From Octopus sinensis (lineage: Eukaryota): 64,000 nt of DNA. A program made the position numbers and the translations under genes. The DNA is taken from NCBI RefSeq assembly GCF_006345805.1, contig NC_043000.1, forward strand, positions 90,768,001 through 90,832,000, written 5' to 3'. Positions 1 to 13,040 of this stretch are shown here, in pieces; within the stretch, counting starts at the first letter, position 1, and the number at the start of each line of letters is the position of its first letter. The notes below the pieces were generated by a model that was given only the letters and a program-made list of their open reading frames with translations, did not search any database and was not told the origin of the DNA.

Positions 1-1006
1 ATTAACCTATTATTAATAAAATATTATTATCCATGTGGATTAATAATATTATGTTCACATCATGAATATGTATAAAAAACTATTTTATTTATTTATAATT
101 TCTTTCGTGGCTTTGTCAGAAAAACAAAACTAGCGATTATGTCCTTCTTCGGGTCTTCTGATACTCGTGGTATAATGTGAGGTACAATCTACAAAGCGTG
201 GCTGAACCTTAGATCGCAGATCTGAGCAAGATATTTTACAACAGATTTGATTACGCCAAACTTTATCGGCTAAAGGAATCTAGGAGTCAGGTTGCATTCG
301 TAAATAGGTAATGAATTAATCTACTACTTGTTGAACCCCCATCTAAGATTTTTAGAATAATGATATTTGGACCACAGTTCTCAGATTTTCCAGTCTAGAG
401 TCACGAACTAATCTATCTCAATAAAAAGGATGTGTCGCTATAAGAAGTAAATTCTACGTGAATATGGCACGATTAATCAACATTGGTAAACTTATTGTGA
501 CTGACATGGCAAACTTCAAACAGTTCGACCGAACATTCTAGAAGAATAGCTAACAGTTATAAAACGCTGGCAAATTCAACCTAAGGCCAGAGTTGTTCTT
601 TCTCCCTCTTCACTTTTCTTATGTAACATGCTTAAGCTGAACTCGACAAAAAGTGCCTATCTTAACTTGTGGTGCTCTGTAAGTTATATGCAATAATTTA
701 AATTCATTGCTCTTCTTCCATTATATTATTCAGCAAGTTATATACAGGAGATTTTCCATTAATTTCGTTGAGTATTGTTCCACTAATAATAAATTATTAA
801 TAATCGATTTGTGTTAGGCGGGGATCTGGCAGAATCGTTAGGAAGCTGAAGAAAATGTTTACAGAAACATAAAGAAACAAACACTATCGTCAAGCGGTGG
901 TAGGAGACAGACACAAAGACGCGCGTACATTCATGACTGCATTTATCTATTTATATGCATGCATAGACACATAGAAAGACACTCATACGCGCACACAGAG
1001 ATATAT

Positions 1007-1059
<53 letters not shown>

Positions 1060-1119
1060 AAATTCTATAGCGCTTGGTCGAGTACGTATGTCAATTGTCA
1101 GTGCTCCCAAAATTTAAAA

Positions 1120-1210
1120 TTGAAACACACAACGCCCGGTCGGGGAATCGAAACCGCGATCCCCCGACCGCGAGTCCGTTGCCCTAACCACTGAGCCATT
1201 GCGCCTCCAC
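1120..1210 (-). mobile_element. tRNA-derived SINE head (family A)
   Basis: Reverse complement reads GTGGAGGCGCAATGGCTCAGTGGTTAGGG...GGTTTCGATTCCCCG (Pol III A/B-box-like). The same head recurs at 34635, 41565 and 52238. Confidence 0.8.
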
Positions 1211-1909
1211 TTTTTGATAATAATACAAAACCAAGTATTCTGAAGTTTATACGCAATCGAACTAACTCGATAGATATTTATCTTATGGACACTGGAATTA
1301 TTAAATTTGAATTCGATTTCAGCAGGCGTTGACCTAAGGGAATATAAAAAGAGACATCCCTTAAATACTCTGAGGCATAGCCCCATCATCTGCCTACTCT
1401 ACAATCAATGAGCCCCTATTAACAAGTCGGTTAATGTTCACTTCTATTGTTTTCTAATACAAGTAAAACCTATTAGTTGATGTTGGTGCTATAATATACT
1501 TGATACTGCGTACCAAGAAATTTTTATTAATTGATATCACACAATGTCATTAGAACAATATTTTGTAAATAACTAATTCGTGTCTGAGAAGGAAAGTGGT
1601 ACAACTCTGAAATTTTAACCAATTTCCAGTCAATTCAGTATGAAATATAATATTTGATCCCAGACCGAAACAAGTGTTTATTTTAAAGTCCCCTGATATA
1701 TCAAAAACAAATTTGAAATCAGAACGTAAATAGGTCGTAATTAATTGCTGCAAAGTATTTTGCCCGTCGTTCTGACGATTACCTATTCGAGCAACTTTAT
1801 GTTAACAGATTGAAATTTCTATTTTAGGCTCAAGGTTTGCAGTATTGAGACAAGAAGTTTAATCGATCATGCCGATCCCAGTACTTAACTGGTACAGTAT
1901 TAGGTTACG

Positions 1910-2295
1910 TCTTTACATCTTTACATCTTTTACTTGTTTCAGTCATTTGACTGCGCCCATGCTGGAGCACCGCCTTCAGTCGAGCAAATCGAACCCAGGA
2001 CTTATTCTTTGTAAGCCTAGTACTTATTCTATCGGTCTCTTACGCCGAACCGCTAAGTTACGGGGACGTAAACACACCAGCATCGGTTGTCAAGCGACAA
2101 ACACAGGCACACACACATATATGTATATATACTTATATACGACGGGCTTCTTTCAGTTTCCGTCTACCAAATCCACTCACAAGGCTTTGGTCAGCCCGAG
2201 GCTATAGTAGAAGACACTTGCACTATATGTCACGCAGTTGGACTTAACCCGGAACAATGTGGTTGGTAAGCAAGCTACTTACCACACAGCAACTC
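1910..2295 (-). mobile_element. SINE family B, near full length
   Basis: Head GCTGTGTGGTAAGTAGCTTGCTTACCAACCAC and tail ATGACTGAAACAAGTAAAAG on the minus strand; collinear with 54005-54458. Confidence 0.8.
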
Positions 2296-2535
2296 ATGTT
2301 GTAGTATATTTCTTATATATAATTCATTTTATTGACCCCACCTCACAACCACCAGAAGGATAAGCAGCATGGGGTGAACCTGGTGGAATTTAAAATGAGA
2401 TTATTGATTATAATTAATTATAAGGTGCTGTAGTATTTCTGTCTACTCACTATTCACTTAAAAGTAAATAATTATATAACAAAGCAAGTGAATAGAAAAG
2501 GGTATAGTTAAATGCAGTCAACAATAAAGATACTG

Positions 2536-2735
2536 GGATGTACTTGCATAGTAAGTGACCTGATCTGAGATTGTGTGCTGGAACGAAAACAATTTCAGCG
2601 TGGAAGGTGTTTATAAGCCATTTAAGAAACACACAAAATCCGTTAGATTCACTTCAACATTTAAATTTAATTTGACAAAATATTTTCGTCGCTTTGAGAC
2701 CGCGACCTATTCACTGACAAAATTCCGTGCTGCAT
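2536..2735 (-). mobile_element. ~200-bp hammerhead-bearing short retroelement, copy 1, with 12-bp TSD
   Basis: ATAAAGATACTG flanks both sides (2524-2535 and 2736-2747). Near-identical to the reverse complement of 25376-25571, with the same end points. Confidence 0.8.
2671..2722 (-). ncRNA. type I hammerhead-like motif, G3/U8 core
   Basis: Minus strand: tttgtca-GTGAATA-g-gtcgc-ggtctcaaa-gcgac-GAAA-atat-TT-tgtcaaa (stem I has one mismatch; 5-bp stem II). Confidence 0.55.
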
Positions 2736-5309
2736 ATAAAGATACTGAATAACGGAAAAAGAAATAAAAAGGTTGCATCGAAGAGGACAAAATCAATCGA
2801 GTAATTATAATTAAAGGTCTCTTTATCAAAACGCCTATAAATATATCTAAAACATTGGTAGGATGTTGATGTCATTAATGAATGAAAACAAATTCAAATT
2901 AAATATAAAGACTAAAAAATTATCGTTTGATTTTCTTGACCTAAAGAAAAAAAATAATTCTTTACAATAAAGCAAGTTATTTTTACAAACATACAGAAAA
3001 ATCTCTGTGGATTGTTGAATCTATCAAATAAATAAATTTAAAAATAACCGTGTACTTATATCGTAATAAGTTTAATGAGTTGAACGGTTATTTCGTAAGT
3101 TTTACATTATTAAATTAAAAAAAAAAAAACAACTTAGAAGTGTCGTTTTGTTAATTGCTGTTGGATTTCATTTTCGGAGAATAATATCTCCTTCCAAATT
3201 ATTTGTTTACAAGACTTTCGATTTGCTGCTGTCAGGAACATTGAAACACCGCGTTGTTTCCACCTGGTTGTGTTACTTTAGCCAAATCTATCCCCCGAAT
3301 CAATGAACTAAACAAGAATTGTGGCTGCAAGTGAATTACTTTAGTCAACTCAATATGAAATATGATTTTTTATTCTAGCTCGAAATAGGTACTTATTTTA
3401 ACGGCCTTAATATATCACAAACACTGGCACATATATTCCTTCTTAATGTATTCCAGCAGATTCATACCTGATGGGCTGATCGCTGGCGTCTTCTCTTTTT
3501 AGATGATATATGCATTTCACGGACAACCCAGTCAAAAAATTGTAGTGGCTCAAAATTCTCTTGCCCCAATGAATTGACTGCTATGAAAATACATCGACTG
3601 AAAGTTGTTCTCCGAAGATGAAATGCTGTACCAATTAACATGTTTACGTTCTAATCTGCAGGAGCATATTTTTTGAATGGATATATACGACACTGCTCTC
3701 CGTTCACATGATTATTTATTAAAATAGTGTTAGAAAGCAGAATCCGTAGAAACATGTCACTGTTTCTTTTTTATACTACTTTAACGTTCTGGGTCGAATT
3801 CCTATCGGTACTTTCCGTGCCGTCCTTCCAGGTCGAAGCACAATGACACAAATAAAAGAGTAGTTACGTGGTTCTGCAATTTCCCCTCGTTCCCTACTCT
3901 ACCGATTCTATCATCCACCAACTAAAGAATATTGTCTTCTAATTTAGGAACAAAGCTACATATTAGCAGAGTATAAAAGGAGTCAGAGCGACCCCAATGT
4001 TCTTATTTTGGTGGTCTTGTTTATGAAGTGAATGCATGCGTGCGTCTTTTCTTTAGAAGAGCAGATATTCGAAAGCAATGAAAAGAATATAGCAAAGTGA
4101 TAAGCAACATAAGATCTAGTTTTTGTTTACTGACTGGAAGGGTTTCGAGTCTTAACGAAACCACAGAGGGAAAACTAAATGGGTGCCTATTTTAGAGAGA
4201 AACATCACAGCAATTAACAAAAAGAAGAACTTGCCTAATATTTAACCATTTACCATTTAATCCGGCCTTTTCCAGGCCAAATATTCTACCTGTTTTATGT
4301 TAAAACTGATCATACCCAACCTCTCAAAACTACCCGTCAAAGTTTAAGAATACACAACTGAAATCTTGAAGCGACAAGATAATGCCTGATCAATTCGAAA
4401 CAGTGTGAATAAATAAGCATTACATTTGACAAAGAAATCTGAACGCAAAAGGATTAAAGGTGAATTAAAAGAAAATACTGCCCCAGACATTAGCGTGAAT
4501 ATGTCTATGTATTTTACTATGTATTTTACTAATATCCTTTGCAACCAAATGCTTGTGAAGTAGCTAGGATTTGGCTGCTCAACTTGCGACCAGTGCCATT
4601 GGCTACAGGTGAACAGTGCTGCACGATTGAATTTAGCAGAGGGTAACTAAAAAGAAGCCATTTATACGTGTGTATTTATGTGCGTGTCTCTGTATATACG
4701 TGTACTTTACATGTGTACGTGTGGATACATATGTGCGCGGGGCATGTCAGTTCATGTTGAAATGCAAGTTTTAATATTAGCCCATACACTCATACATACA
4801 AACATACCTATATATGAATAAACACGTATTTATAACATATATACACGTATACGTACACAAACAAACATTCACACACACATGTATATATACATATTTAATA
4901 CACATTTAATACATATTTAATACACACACATATACGTGTTCAAATTATATTTTAACTATTGATTGTATAAAATACAATGTTGCGTGTATGCGTGTATGTT
5001 CATGAATATGTGTATATAGATATATACATACGCGTGTGTGTATTGTGCGTCTATGTATGTGTGTATGTGTGTCTGCGTGTGTATGTATGTATGTATGTGT
5101 TAATATATATATATGTATATATGTATATATATATATGTGTATATATATATTAGGTATATATACACACACAAACACACGAACCCACACATTCCAGCATACT
5201 TACACACACATACATACACAAATATTGTAAGTATACACTCATAGTATTATGTATTAATATATACATATATGTATAGGTTTATAAATACACATACATACGT
5301 ATACACACA

Positions 5310-5347
<38 letters not shown>

Positions 5348-5662
5348 GATGCAGTCTCAAACATATACTCAAGTACTCTGTTCAATGTATTGTGGATGTT
5401 GATAATTAAAGGACTTTATCAAAACAACTTTCACCTAACACGGCGACTGAACTTTTGAAGTTTACCTTCTCTTGTTTCAGAATCTTACAAAAAATTGTAC
5501 AGCCATTATTCTTTTCTAACCACATGACTGCAGAGAGTCTGAAAATGGCTATTTTAGCTTGACTTTAAAGTCGCTCTGCATGTGTAAGAGGGTGTATATT
5601 CGGAACTAAAATATCTACCTATACATAGATACATACAAAAATGTGTATATATACATGTATAT

Positions 5663-5724
<62 letters not shown>

Positions 5725-5789
5725 ATATATATCGCTATATATTCATATATGTGTGCATGTGTGTAAGACATAGATATATGATTTTATAT

Positions 5790-5836
<47 letters not shown>

Positions 5837-6058
5837 CGTGTATTTATATGTACATGTATGTATTTATGCCTTTGTTCATATTAGTAAGCTTTGTGTATTT
5901 CAATGCTTATATTCATATATACATGTGAATAAGGATATATAAATATTCTTATATTTTTATGAATAGCTCTATGTATGATATTGTCAAAATATATAAATGC
6001 ATACGTGTACAAGAATCCACATACACACTCACACACACACCTTATATACATACATACA

Positions 6059-6094
<36 letters not shown>

Positions 6095-6342
6095 TATATA
6101 TGTTATGAGGCAATTATGAGAGAGTGAGCGTGGGGGAGGAGGAGGAAGAGAGGAGGAGGAGGAAGAGGGCGAATGGAGGAGGGGAGGAGGTGGAGACTGG
6201 AATGTTTATGAATTTATGTGTACATTTATATAGATACGTATGAATAGATATATGAAAAGAGAAATAGACAAACAAAATTAATATTATTATTATGATTTAT
6301 TATTATATCTTTGTTTATGTTATGACAAATATATGCGTTTAT

Positions 6343-6377
<35 letters not shown>

Positions 6378-6464
6378 TCTGCAATTTTTAAGCTTATGTA
6401 TATATCTATATCTATCTATAGATCTATATATGTACCTTATATCTATATCTATATCTAAATCTAT

Positions 6465-6496
<32 letters not shown>

Positions 6497-7468
6497 GATT
6501 ATGAAGTTATTCGCGTTCGGAACAAAATATATAGTTTTGCAGTAGGAAAACTTTGAAGATTAATAACTTAAATCACGATCAGCCGAATGACAAAAGATTA
6601 CGCAGCAATGAATACCAGTTGACAGAGAGTCTTGTTGTCAGGAGGGGAGTCACGCTGAGAAGCAATTCAAAAGATCGTCTCAGATATGACAAGGCGGAAC
6701 TCGGTGTAAAATAAAGAGTTGAGAGTTTGCGGTGGGCATTACGTATAACTTCTTTAATTTTAATCTGTTTTTCTTGCTTCATATTCAGATATTATTTACG
6801 ATTAAACATGCTTAATATAAATCAATTGTAATGTAATAATGTTCAATTTTGTTTAAAAGTCAACAGAAAACTTGAAATAGCTTCAAACACTTTAAAGTAA
6901 GTAATTTGTTAACTTTTCGGAACTTTCTTGAGAAACACCTGAGAAGTTGTGTGTGTGTATGTGTGTGTGCGTGTGTGTATACATGAGTGTTCATGTGTGA
7001 ATGCATATACGTATATACGTATGGATGTAGGTCTGTATCTGTGTATCCACGTGTTTGTATATGCACGTATGTATTTATGTATGAATGGATATATTTGTGT
7101 ATCTGTGTATGCATGTGTATGTGTATATATGAGCACAAATATTATATTTGTGCATAAACAATAAGGACACACACACACACACACACACATACACACACAC
7201 TACACATACATTACACACATACTCATATTTATATTTTTACATACATAACAGACACACACCTTTATGTATGTACGTATATATGTATGTATGCATTTACGTA
7301 CGTATGTATGTGTGTATGTGTGTGTGTATATGTATGTATGTAAGTATGTATGTATGTATGTATGTATGAATGCATGTATGTATGTATATATATATAATTA
7401 TGTGCGGCTATATTATCTACGAATTACTCTCTCCCTGTATATGCTTATATATATATATATATTACATA

Positions 7469-7532
<64 letters not shown>

Positions 7533-8029
7533 CGTGTGTTTATATATATATATTCTATATATACATATTTATGTATATATGTATATACACACTTACTTCT
7601 ACACACACACCCATATGTATATACCTGTACAAACGCACGTACCTTACAAAAGCTCATATGCACTCGGATATGCACGCATTTACCTAAAAAGCTGTAGATC
7701 GTGATATGTACTAATATTTTGTTATTAAGTACAGAATATATAGTATTAAATAGTGCAAAAAAAACTATGATTTCTTCAATATAATAATATGATGCACAAT
7801 GTAAAGCGCATTATCTTTGCAGCCGTAAGTACAGCAATAACAATATGAACCTCTGAAATTTGGAGTTAGTGGAAGGGGTATGTCCATACTGACCTTTTAG
7901 GCAAGTGAAGTAGAACTACTAGAGGTCACCGCCAGACTGGGAAAAGTTTCAGAAACATAGAGAAACATAAAGTAACAACCATAACACAGCAACCAACATT
8001 TAAGCTGAAGGGAGAGAGAGAGAGAGACT

Positions 8030-8568
8030 TTACGAAGTGGACACCTTCAAGCGTCTAGGATCAACTTTGACCTCGGACGGCAGGATCTTAAAAAGAGATA
8101 ACTGCAAGACTCATTTTTGTATCTTCTGCCTTAGCGAAGCTGAACACCACATAGAAAAGCAAATCCATAGAAGTCCCTGGTTATTTCTATTTTTCTTTAT
8201 GAGATGGATTCTTACAGCTGAAATGGAACCAAGAACCGGGTATTGAGCACAAGTGCTTTAGAAGTTTGCTACCCATCCTGTACACAAAACACAAAAGGAA
8301 CAGCTTTGTCAGACAACAAGTCAAGAAATACGCTAGCAGACCAGAACCTCCCATAGCGCAGGTAAAAAGACGAAAGCTTACTTGGTACGATCACGTATCC
8401 CACCACAATCCCCTATCAAAAACCATCCTTCAGGGCACAGTTGAGGAAGAGTGAAAGAGAGGCATATAAAGAAAATCCAGGTTTGACAACATCAAAGACT
8501 GGACTGGCTGACTGAAAAAGTATCAAGATTGGTACCCTAAGACTGGCTGCACCAGTTAAAAGAACTTA
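8030..8568 (+). mobile_element. 5'-truncated RTE-clade LINE 3' end (pseudogenised)
   Basis: Translations VDTFKRLGSTLTSDG and VKRRKLTWYDHVSHHNPLSKTILQGTVEE match the C-terminal region after the RTE reverse transcriptase; followed by a (TGA)n tail. Confidence 0.75.
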
Positions 8569-8637
8569 ATGATGATGATGATGATGATGATGTTGATGAT
8601 AATGACGATGATGATGATGATGACGATGATGATGATG
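8569..8637 (+). repeat. (TGA)n tail/microsatellite
   Basis: Direct sequence. Confidence 0.9.
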
Positions 8638-8834
8638 TGACTGGTACTCTATTTTATTGATTCCAGAAAAGCTAACTATAAATCTTGACCGCAGTGGCGT
8701 TTGAATGTGGGGAAAAATGTACGAGGTCCTAACGATTCTGCTAATTCATATCCATTTAATGTATAATAAAAAAAAAAAAAAAAAAATAATAATAATAATA
8801 TCAGTATTATTATTAGTCGAAATGCTAATGTAGA

Positions 8835-9710
8835 TCAAGCAACAACCCATCAGTAGCTGAGAAGTTCAGGACTGAAAGCAGAGACTGAAGGTTTCATATT
8901 AGCGGCACAAGATCGAAGCTTGCTCGCAAAAACTACCAGACTAACGTTCTTCAAAACGGTTCTGACTCTAAATGCAAATTATGTGACACATTTGACGAAA
9001 CAATGGACTATCTCGTCTCGGGATGTCCTGTGATGACACCAAACGAATACAAAAATCGTCACGATAGGTTAGGACAGTATTTACTCTGGAAAAATATATA
9101 TAAATATTACAAAATCAGCATTCCTGCTTTACTGGTATGAATATCATCCCGATCCAGTCGGTGAAGGTAAAAATGTCACTATCATCTAGGATTTTCCAGT
9201 CAACAGTGACATAACGATCAAGGCTATTTGACCAGGCATGATCATTGCAGAGAGGGAAGAAAATACTTGTAGATTAATAGATGTATGTGTTCCCATTGAT
9301 AAAAATATATGTAAAGGGATTTGACAAATTGAGTAAATGTGAGGACGTGGAAATTGAAATACAAAAGATTTGACATCTTAAAACGAGAACTGTTCCTATT
9401 ATTTCTGGTGTCCTAGGTATGATAAAAAATGGATGTCAGTCAGAAGCATCTAGATAAGATCACAGTAAAACCATGTCCCAGAGAAATACAACAGACTGTT
9501 TTGGTAAGTACTGCTCACATCCTTAGAAACACCCTATCCGTTTAAATGTCTGTCTTGTATTACATGAAGATATTTCGCTACTTCCCCTCCCCCAAGCTTT
9601 CAGTCATAGTGTAACATCTCTTATCCTACACTCGCCCCAGGACACTGGGTGTGTCTCGGCAAGTGACTGTAACAAACATGCATTTTAAAAGTTAAAAAGT
9701 GTAATAATAA
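8835..9710 (+). mobile_element. R4/Dong-like non-LTR element, 3' fragment (CCHC knuckle + restriction-like endonuclease)
   Basis: Reads SSGLKAETEGFILAAQD..CKLCDTFDETMDYLVSGCP..YKNRHDRLGQYL.., with LIDVCVPID and VPIISGVLGMIK-type motifs downstream; frameshifted; TAA repeats at both flanks. Confidence 0.75.
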
Positions 9711-9711
9711 T

Positions 9712-9885
9712 CCTTTCTACAGTAGGCACAAGGCCTGAAATTCGGGGTAAGGGTTTAGGCTGATTACATCGACCCCAGTGCGTAACTGGTACTTATTTAA
9801 TCAACCTCGAAAGGATGAAAGGCAAAGTCAACCTCGGCGGAATTTGAACTCAGAACGTAACAATAGACGAAATACTGCTAAGCAT
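9712..9885 (-). mobile_element. SINE family C (3' part)
   Basis: Reverse complement contains TTCTGAGTTCAAATTCCGCCGAGGTTGACTTTGCCTTTCATCCTTTCGAGG. Confidence 0.8.
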
Positions 9886-9889
9886 TTCT

Positions 9890-10930
9890 ACTAATGATAA
9901 TAAAGGAAAGGAATTTGAAAAAAAAAACCTGTCAAAATATAAGAACCTTGAGCCGCTTCCTTGTGCATATAATCAGTGCCTAAAACATCGAGCAAAGAAT
10001 ATAAGTAGCGATCCTGATACACATCACGAAGAAATGATAAAGCTAAGTAACAATCGATTAAGCAACATCTACCACCAAAACATATTATCCACTCCAATTA
10101 TAAAGAAAAGAAAGGATGAAACCCATAAATTGATCACAGTGTGTCTACCCTATGTGAAAGGCCTCTCCGAAAAGATACTAAAGACATGCGGTCCAAATGA
10201 CATCAGGAGAGTATTCAAGTGTAATACAACACTTCGCAAATATCTCCTTCGAATAAAACCACAAATAGAAGAGAATATCACCAAAGACTGCGTGTACTCA
10301 ATCGCATGCAGCCATGGTAGGTCATAAAAAGTTGAAACATGCCGCCCCCTAAAAATAAGGGGAGAGGAACACCGCAAAGCTGTGACGCGAGGAGATATTA
10401 ATAAATCGAATATAGCTGATCATGTATGGAAAAACGGAGACCACCTCCCCCTGTGGGATGAAGTTAAAATAATAGACAGAGAACACTACTGGTAATACGA
10501 AGAGTAAATGAAGCAGCACATATGATAGGACATAATAACCTCCTAAGCAGACCGAGTGCAGATATGAGTAGCATATGGGAACTGGTATTAAGGAAGGATA
10601 GGAAAATATTAGATTTAAAAGCCCCAAAATTCACTCCATAAATATCCACGGGCACACGTCGCAGTGGTTAAGAGTGTGGGCTACTAACCCCCAAGATTCC
10701 TAATTCGATTTTAGGTAGTGACCTCAATAATAATATTAATAATAATAGTTACACCGAAAAATATACCTTAGGAATGAAAACCCAGGTGCTACATTTCCCC
10801 AAGACACCTGATGAAAGCTGGAGAGTATATCAACCGAAACGTTGTGTTAGCAACAATCAAGTTGAGGACAAATACCCGTCAAATGTTACCTATGTAAATA
10901 ATGTACATAATTCCTCATCTCTCAAATATA
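9890..10930 (+). mobile_element. Penelope-like element 3' relic (GIY-YIG endonuclease + 3' UTR)
   Basis: LPYVKGLSEKI..CVYSIACSHG..VETCRPLKIRGEEHRKAV..SNIADHVWK..LPLWDEVKIIDRE is the typical PLE GIY-YIG domain, with stops; HHR motif in the 3' UTR. Confidence 0.8.
10803..10848 (+). ncRNA. minimal type I hammerhead at PLE 3' end (stem II degraded)
   Basis: gacac-CTGATGA-a-agctg-gagagtatat-caacc-GAAA-cg-TT-gtgtt. Confidence 0.65.
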
Positions 10931-11399
10931 GAACTATTTCTTCTTTCTTTTTTGTTTTGATTATCGTCTCCAAGTATCCCTATCTAGCTACTGTAATGAA
11001 AAGACCGCTTTGCCATGAAGCTAACAGTACAACGCCAAAGAAACTTAGTTAAAAATTTATTCTCCCTCTTTTCTTAATTTTTTTTGTTCATCTCCAAATA
11101 TTCCTGTCTAGCTACTGTAATTAAACAACCACTTTGCCATGAGGCCGATGTGCCTACCCTCACACCTCCACCACCTCTTCCTCATATTCAAAATGGGAGC
11201 GAGGCAATTATTGTTTCTATTCTTTTCTCCGGTCAGGACGTCGGCGACTAAACTGGCAACCCCGCAGAGCTTGATCTGTGAGGAAAGTGTATGATTCTTG
11301 CTATTTTCACACCCTACAGGAAGAAAAATAAGACCTGTATAAAGGCTAATGAACTCTTACGATGCGACTGCCACCAAAATAGCACATACATAAGCGGCA

Positions 11400-13040
11400 G
11401 AAGCAATCATAATGCTTGAAAACCCCTTCTAGGAGAAGGAAACTCCAAAAATTATACTAGGGTTGCAGGAATCCTATATCCTAGGGTGGAGATCCTGCCA
11501 GTGATGGTGTCACGGAAAAAATACTGGTGGTTGTGCAACCTAAAATTCATTAATCCTCATCATGAAATGATGAAATGTGCTGAAATATCACATAAAAATA
11601 GAAATGAGAACGGTTTGAATGAGGCTGGAACAACTTGTGAAGGTCTCCCGCCCGGTGAGTGCTCCACGGGGGAGCAGCGTGGGCCCAGTCGTCATCAAGC
11701 AACATCAAGAAAGTGGACGAAAGAAATGAATGTGGCTTTAATGGAGTGCTACTTTCTGGGTAATACGAGAAATAATAATAAAATATCCGCTGGGAGATAT
11801 AGGAAAAGAATACACTGGGCATAGAGCGACAGAGGCCTATTTGAATTAAGTGAACAAAATCTGTGTGACAAAGTTAGAGCCACCAGAAAGAATGAATGGT
11901 TATCTCCAGTTGAACTAAAAAGCATTAAGAGACGGGTGCTTAGGGTGAAAGGAAAGATGAGGAAGAGAATGCAGATAGTGAAACTATGGCAGTAGAGTTA
12001 AAGGAAGAAAACGAGCATGTGGCTGAGTCTATTGATCAGGAAAGCGATGAGAGAACCGAGGAACAGATCCACTTTAAATGAAATCTTGATATTTGGACTT
12101 CTGGTGAACAGAGCTTTTATACGGGGTTTAAAAAAGTAAACAGAAAGAAACTCAATGAAAAGGTGATATCAGGACTGACAACATCACAGACACCAACAAT
12201 CTGATGAATACAATCTCGATCGTTATAGCCAGGAAGTTAGGTTTGAAAGCCAAAGGTAAATGTCAACATAGCCTGAAGGAACCATGGTGGAAAAGGAGAA
12301 TAACGCAGTCTGTTAACGAGACCAGAAAACATATTAATATCCTAGAACGGAAAAAAAAGAAATGAAGTCCGAGAGAAATATGTTGAGCTAAAGAGGAAGT
12401 ATAAGGTGACGAGAAAGGAAATCAATGTTGTGATTGAGGAATTAAAACAGAGGTTGAAAGCTAAAGCACATAAAATAAAGAGTTATTAACAGCGAATTGA
12501 GAAGTACAGATTAAACAGACTTTTCGAACAAAATCAGAAACGAGTCTGTCAGAAACTGGATGGAAAAGAAAAAGGTGAAAAAGACGTGCCGGATGTTGAA
12601 GAAAGCAAAATATTCTGGTCAAACATATGGTCTCAGGAGAAACAACACGAAACTGAAGCGAATTGGTTACAGACACTGAAAGAGGAGAGTGGAGAATATC
12701 AGCAGGAGGATTTGAGAATAAACGAGGCGAATGATTAGAGATCAGTGCAGGAAAATTCCTTACTGGAAAGCGCCTGGTCCAGATGGGGTTCAGGGCTTTT
12801 GGCTTAAAAACTTGACAGCGCTACACAGGAGAATTGCGAAACAGATGGACGAAAAACTGAGTAGTGACATCCAAGTACCGGCCTGGATGACAATAGAAAG
12901 ATGACAATAGAAAGAACTGTACTATGCCAAAAGAACCTAAGTAAAGGGAATGCGGTTGGAAATTTCTGACCAATATCTTGTTTGCCACTGATGTCGAAAA
13001 TGATGACGGACATCGTATCAAAGAGCATCTATAAGTAGAT
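11400..13040 (+). mobile_element. R4/Dong-like non-LTR element, 5' half (Myb-like N-terminus to start of RT), pseudogenised
   Basis: RKWTKEMNVALMECYFL..LFELSEQNLCDKVRATRKNEWLS..EELKQRLKAKAHKI..LNRLFEQNQK..WKAPGPDGVQGFWLKNLTALH..PISCLPLM; truncated at RT motif 1. Confidence 0.75.

Noticed and set aside
125-165. Possible HHR relic (minus strand CCGAAGAAGGAC..)
   Set aside because: No GAAA and no paired stem II; too degraded.
1133-1210. Functional tRNA gene
   Set aside because: tRNA-like A/B boxes continue into SINE bodies in multiple copies; no proper cloverleaf or acceptor stem.
4945-7704. Many ORFs rich in IY/YI/CV/TH repeats (and similar ones throughout the window)
   Set aside because: Translations of (TA)n, (CA)n and (TATG)n microsatellites; no domain signal.
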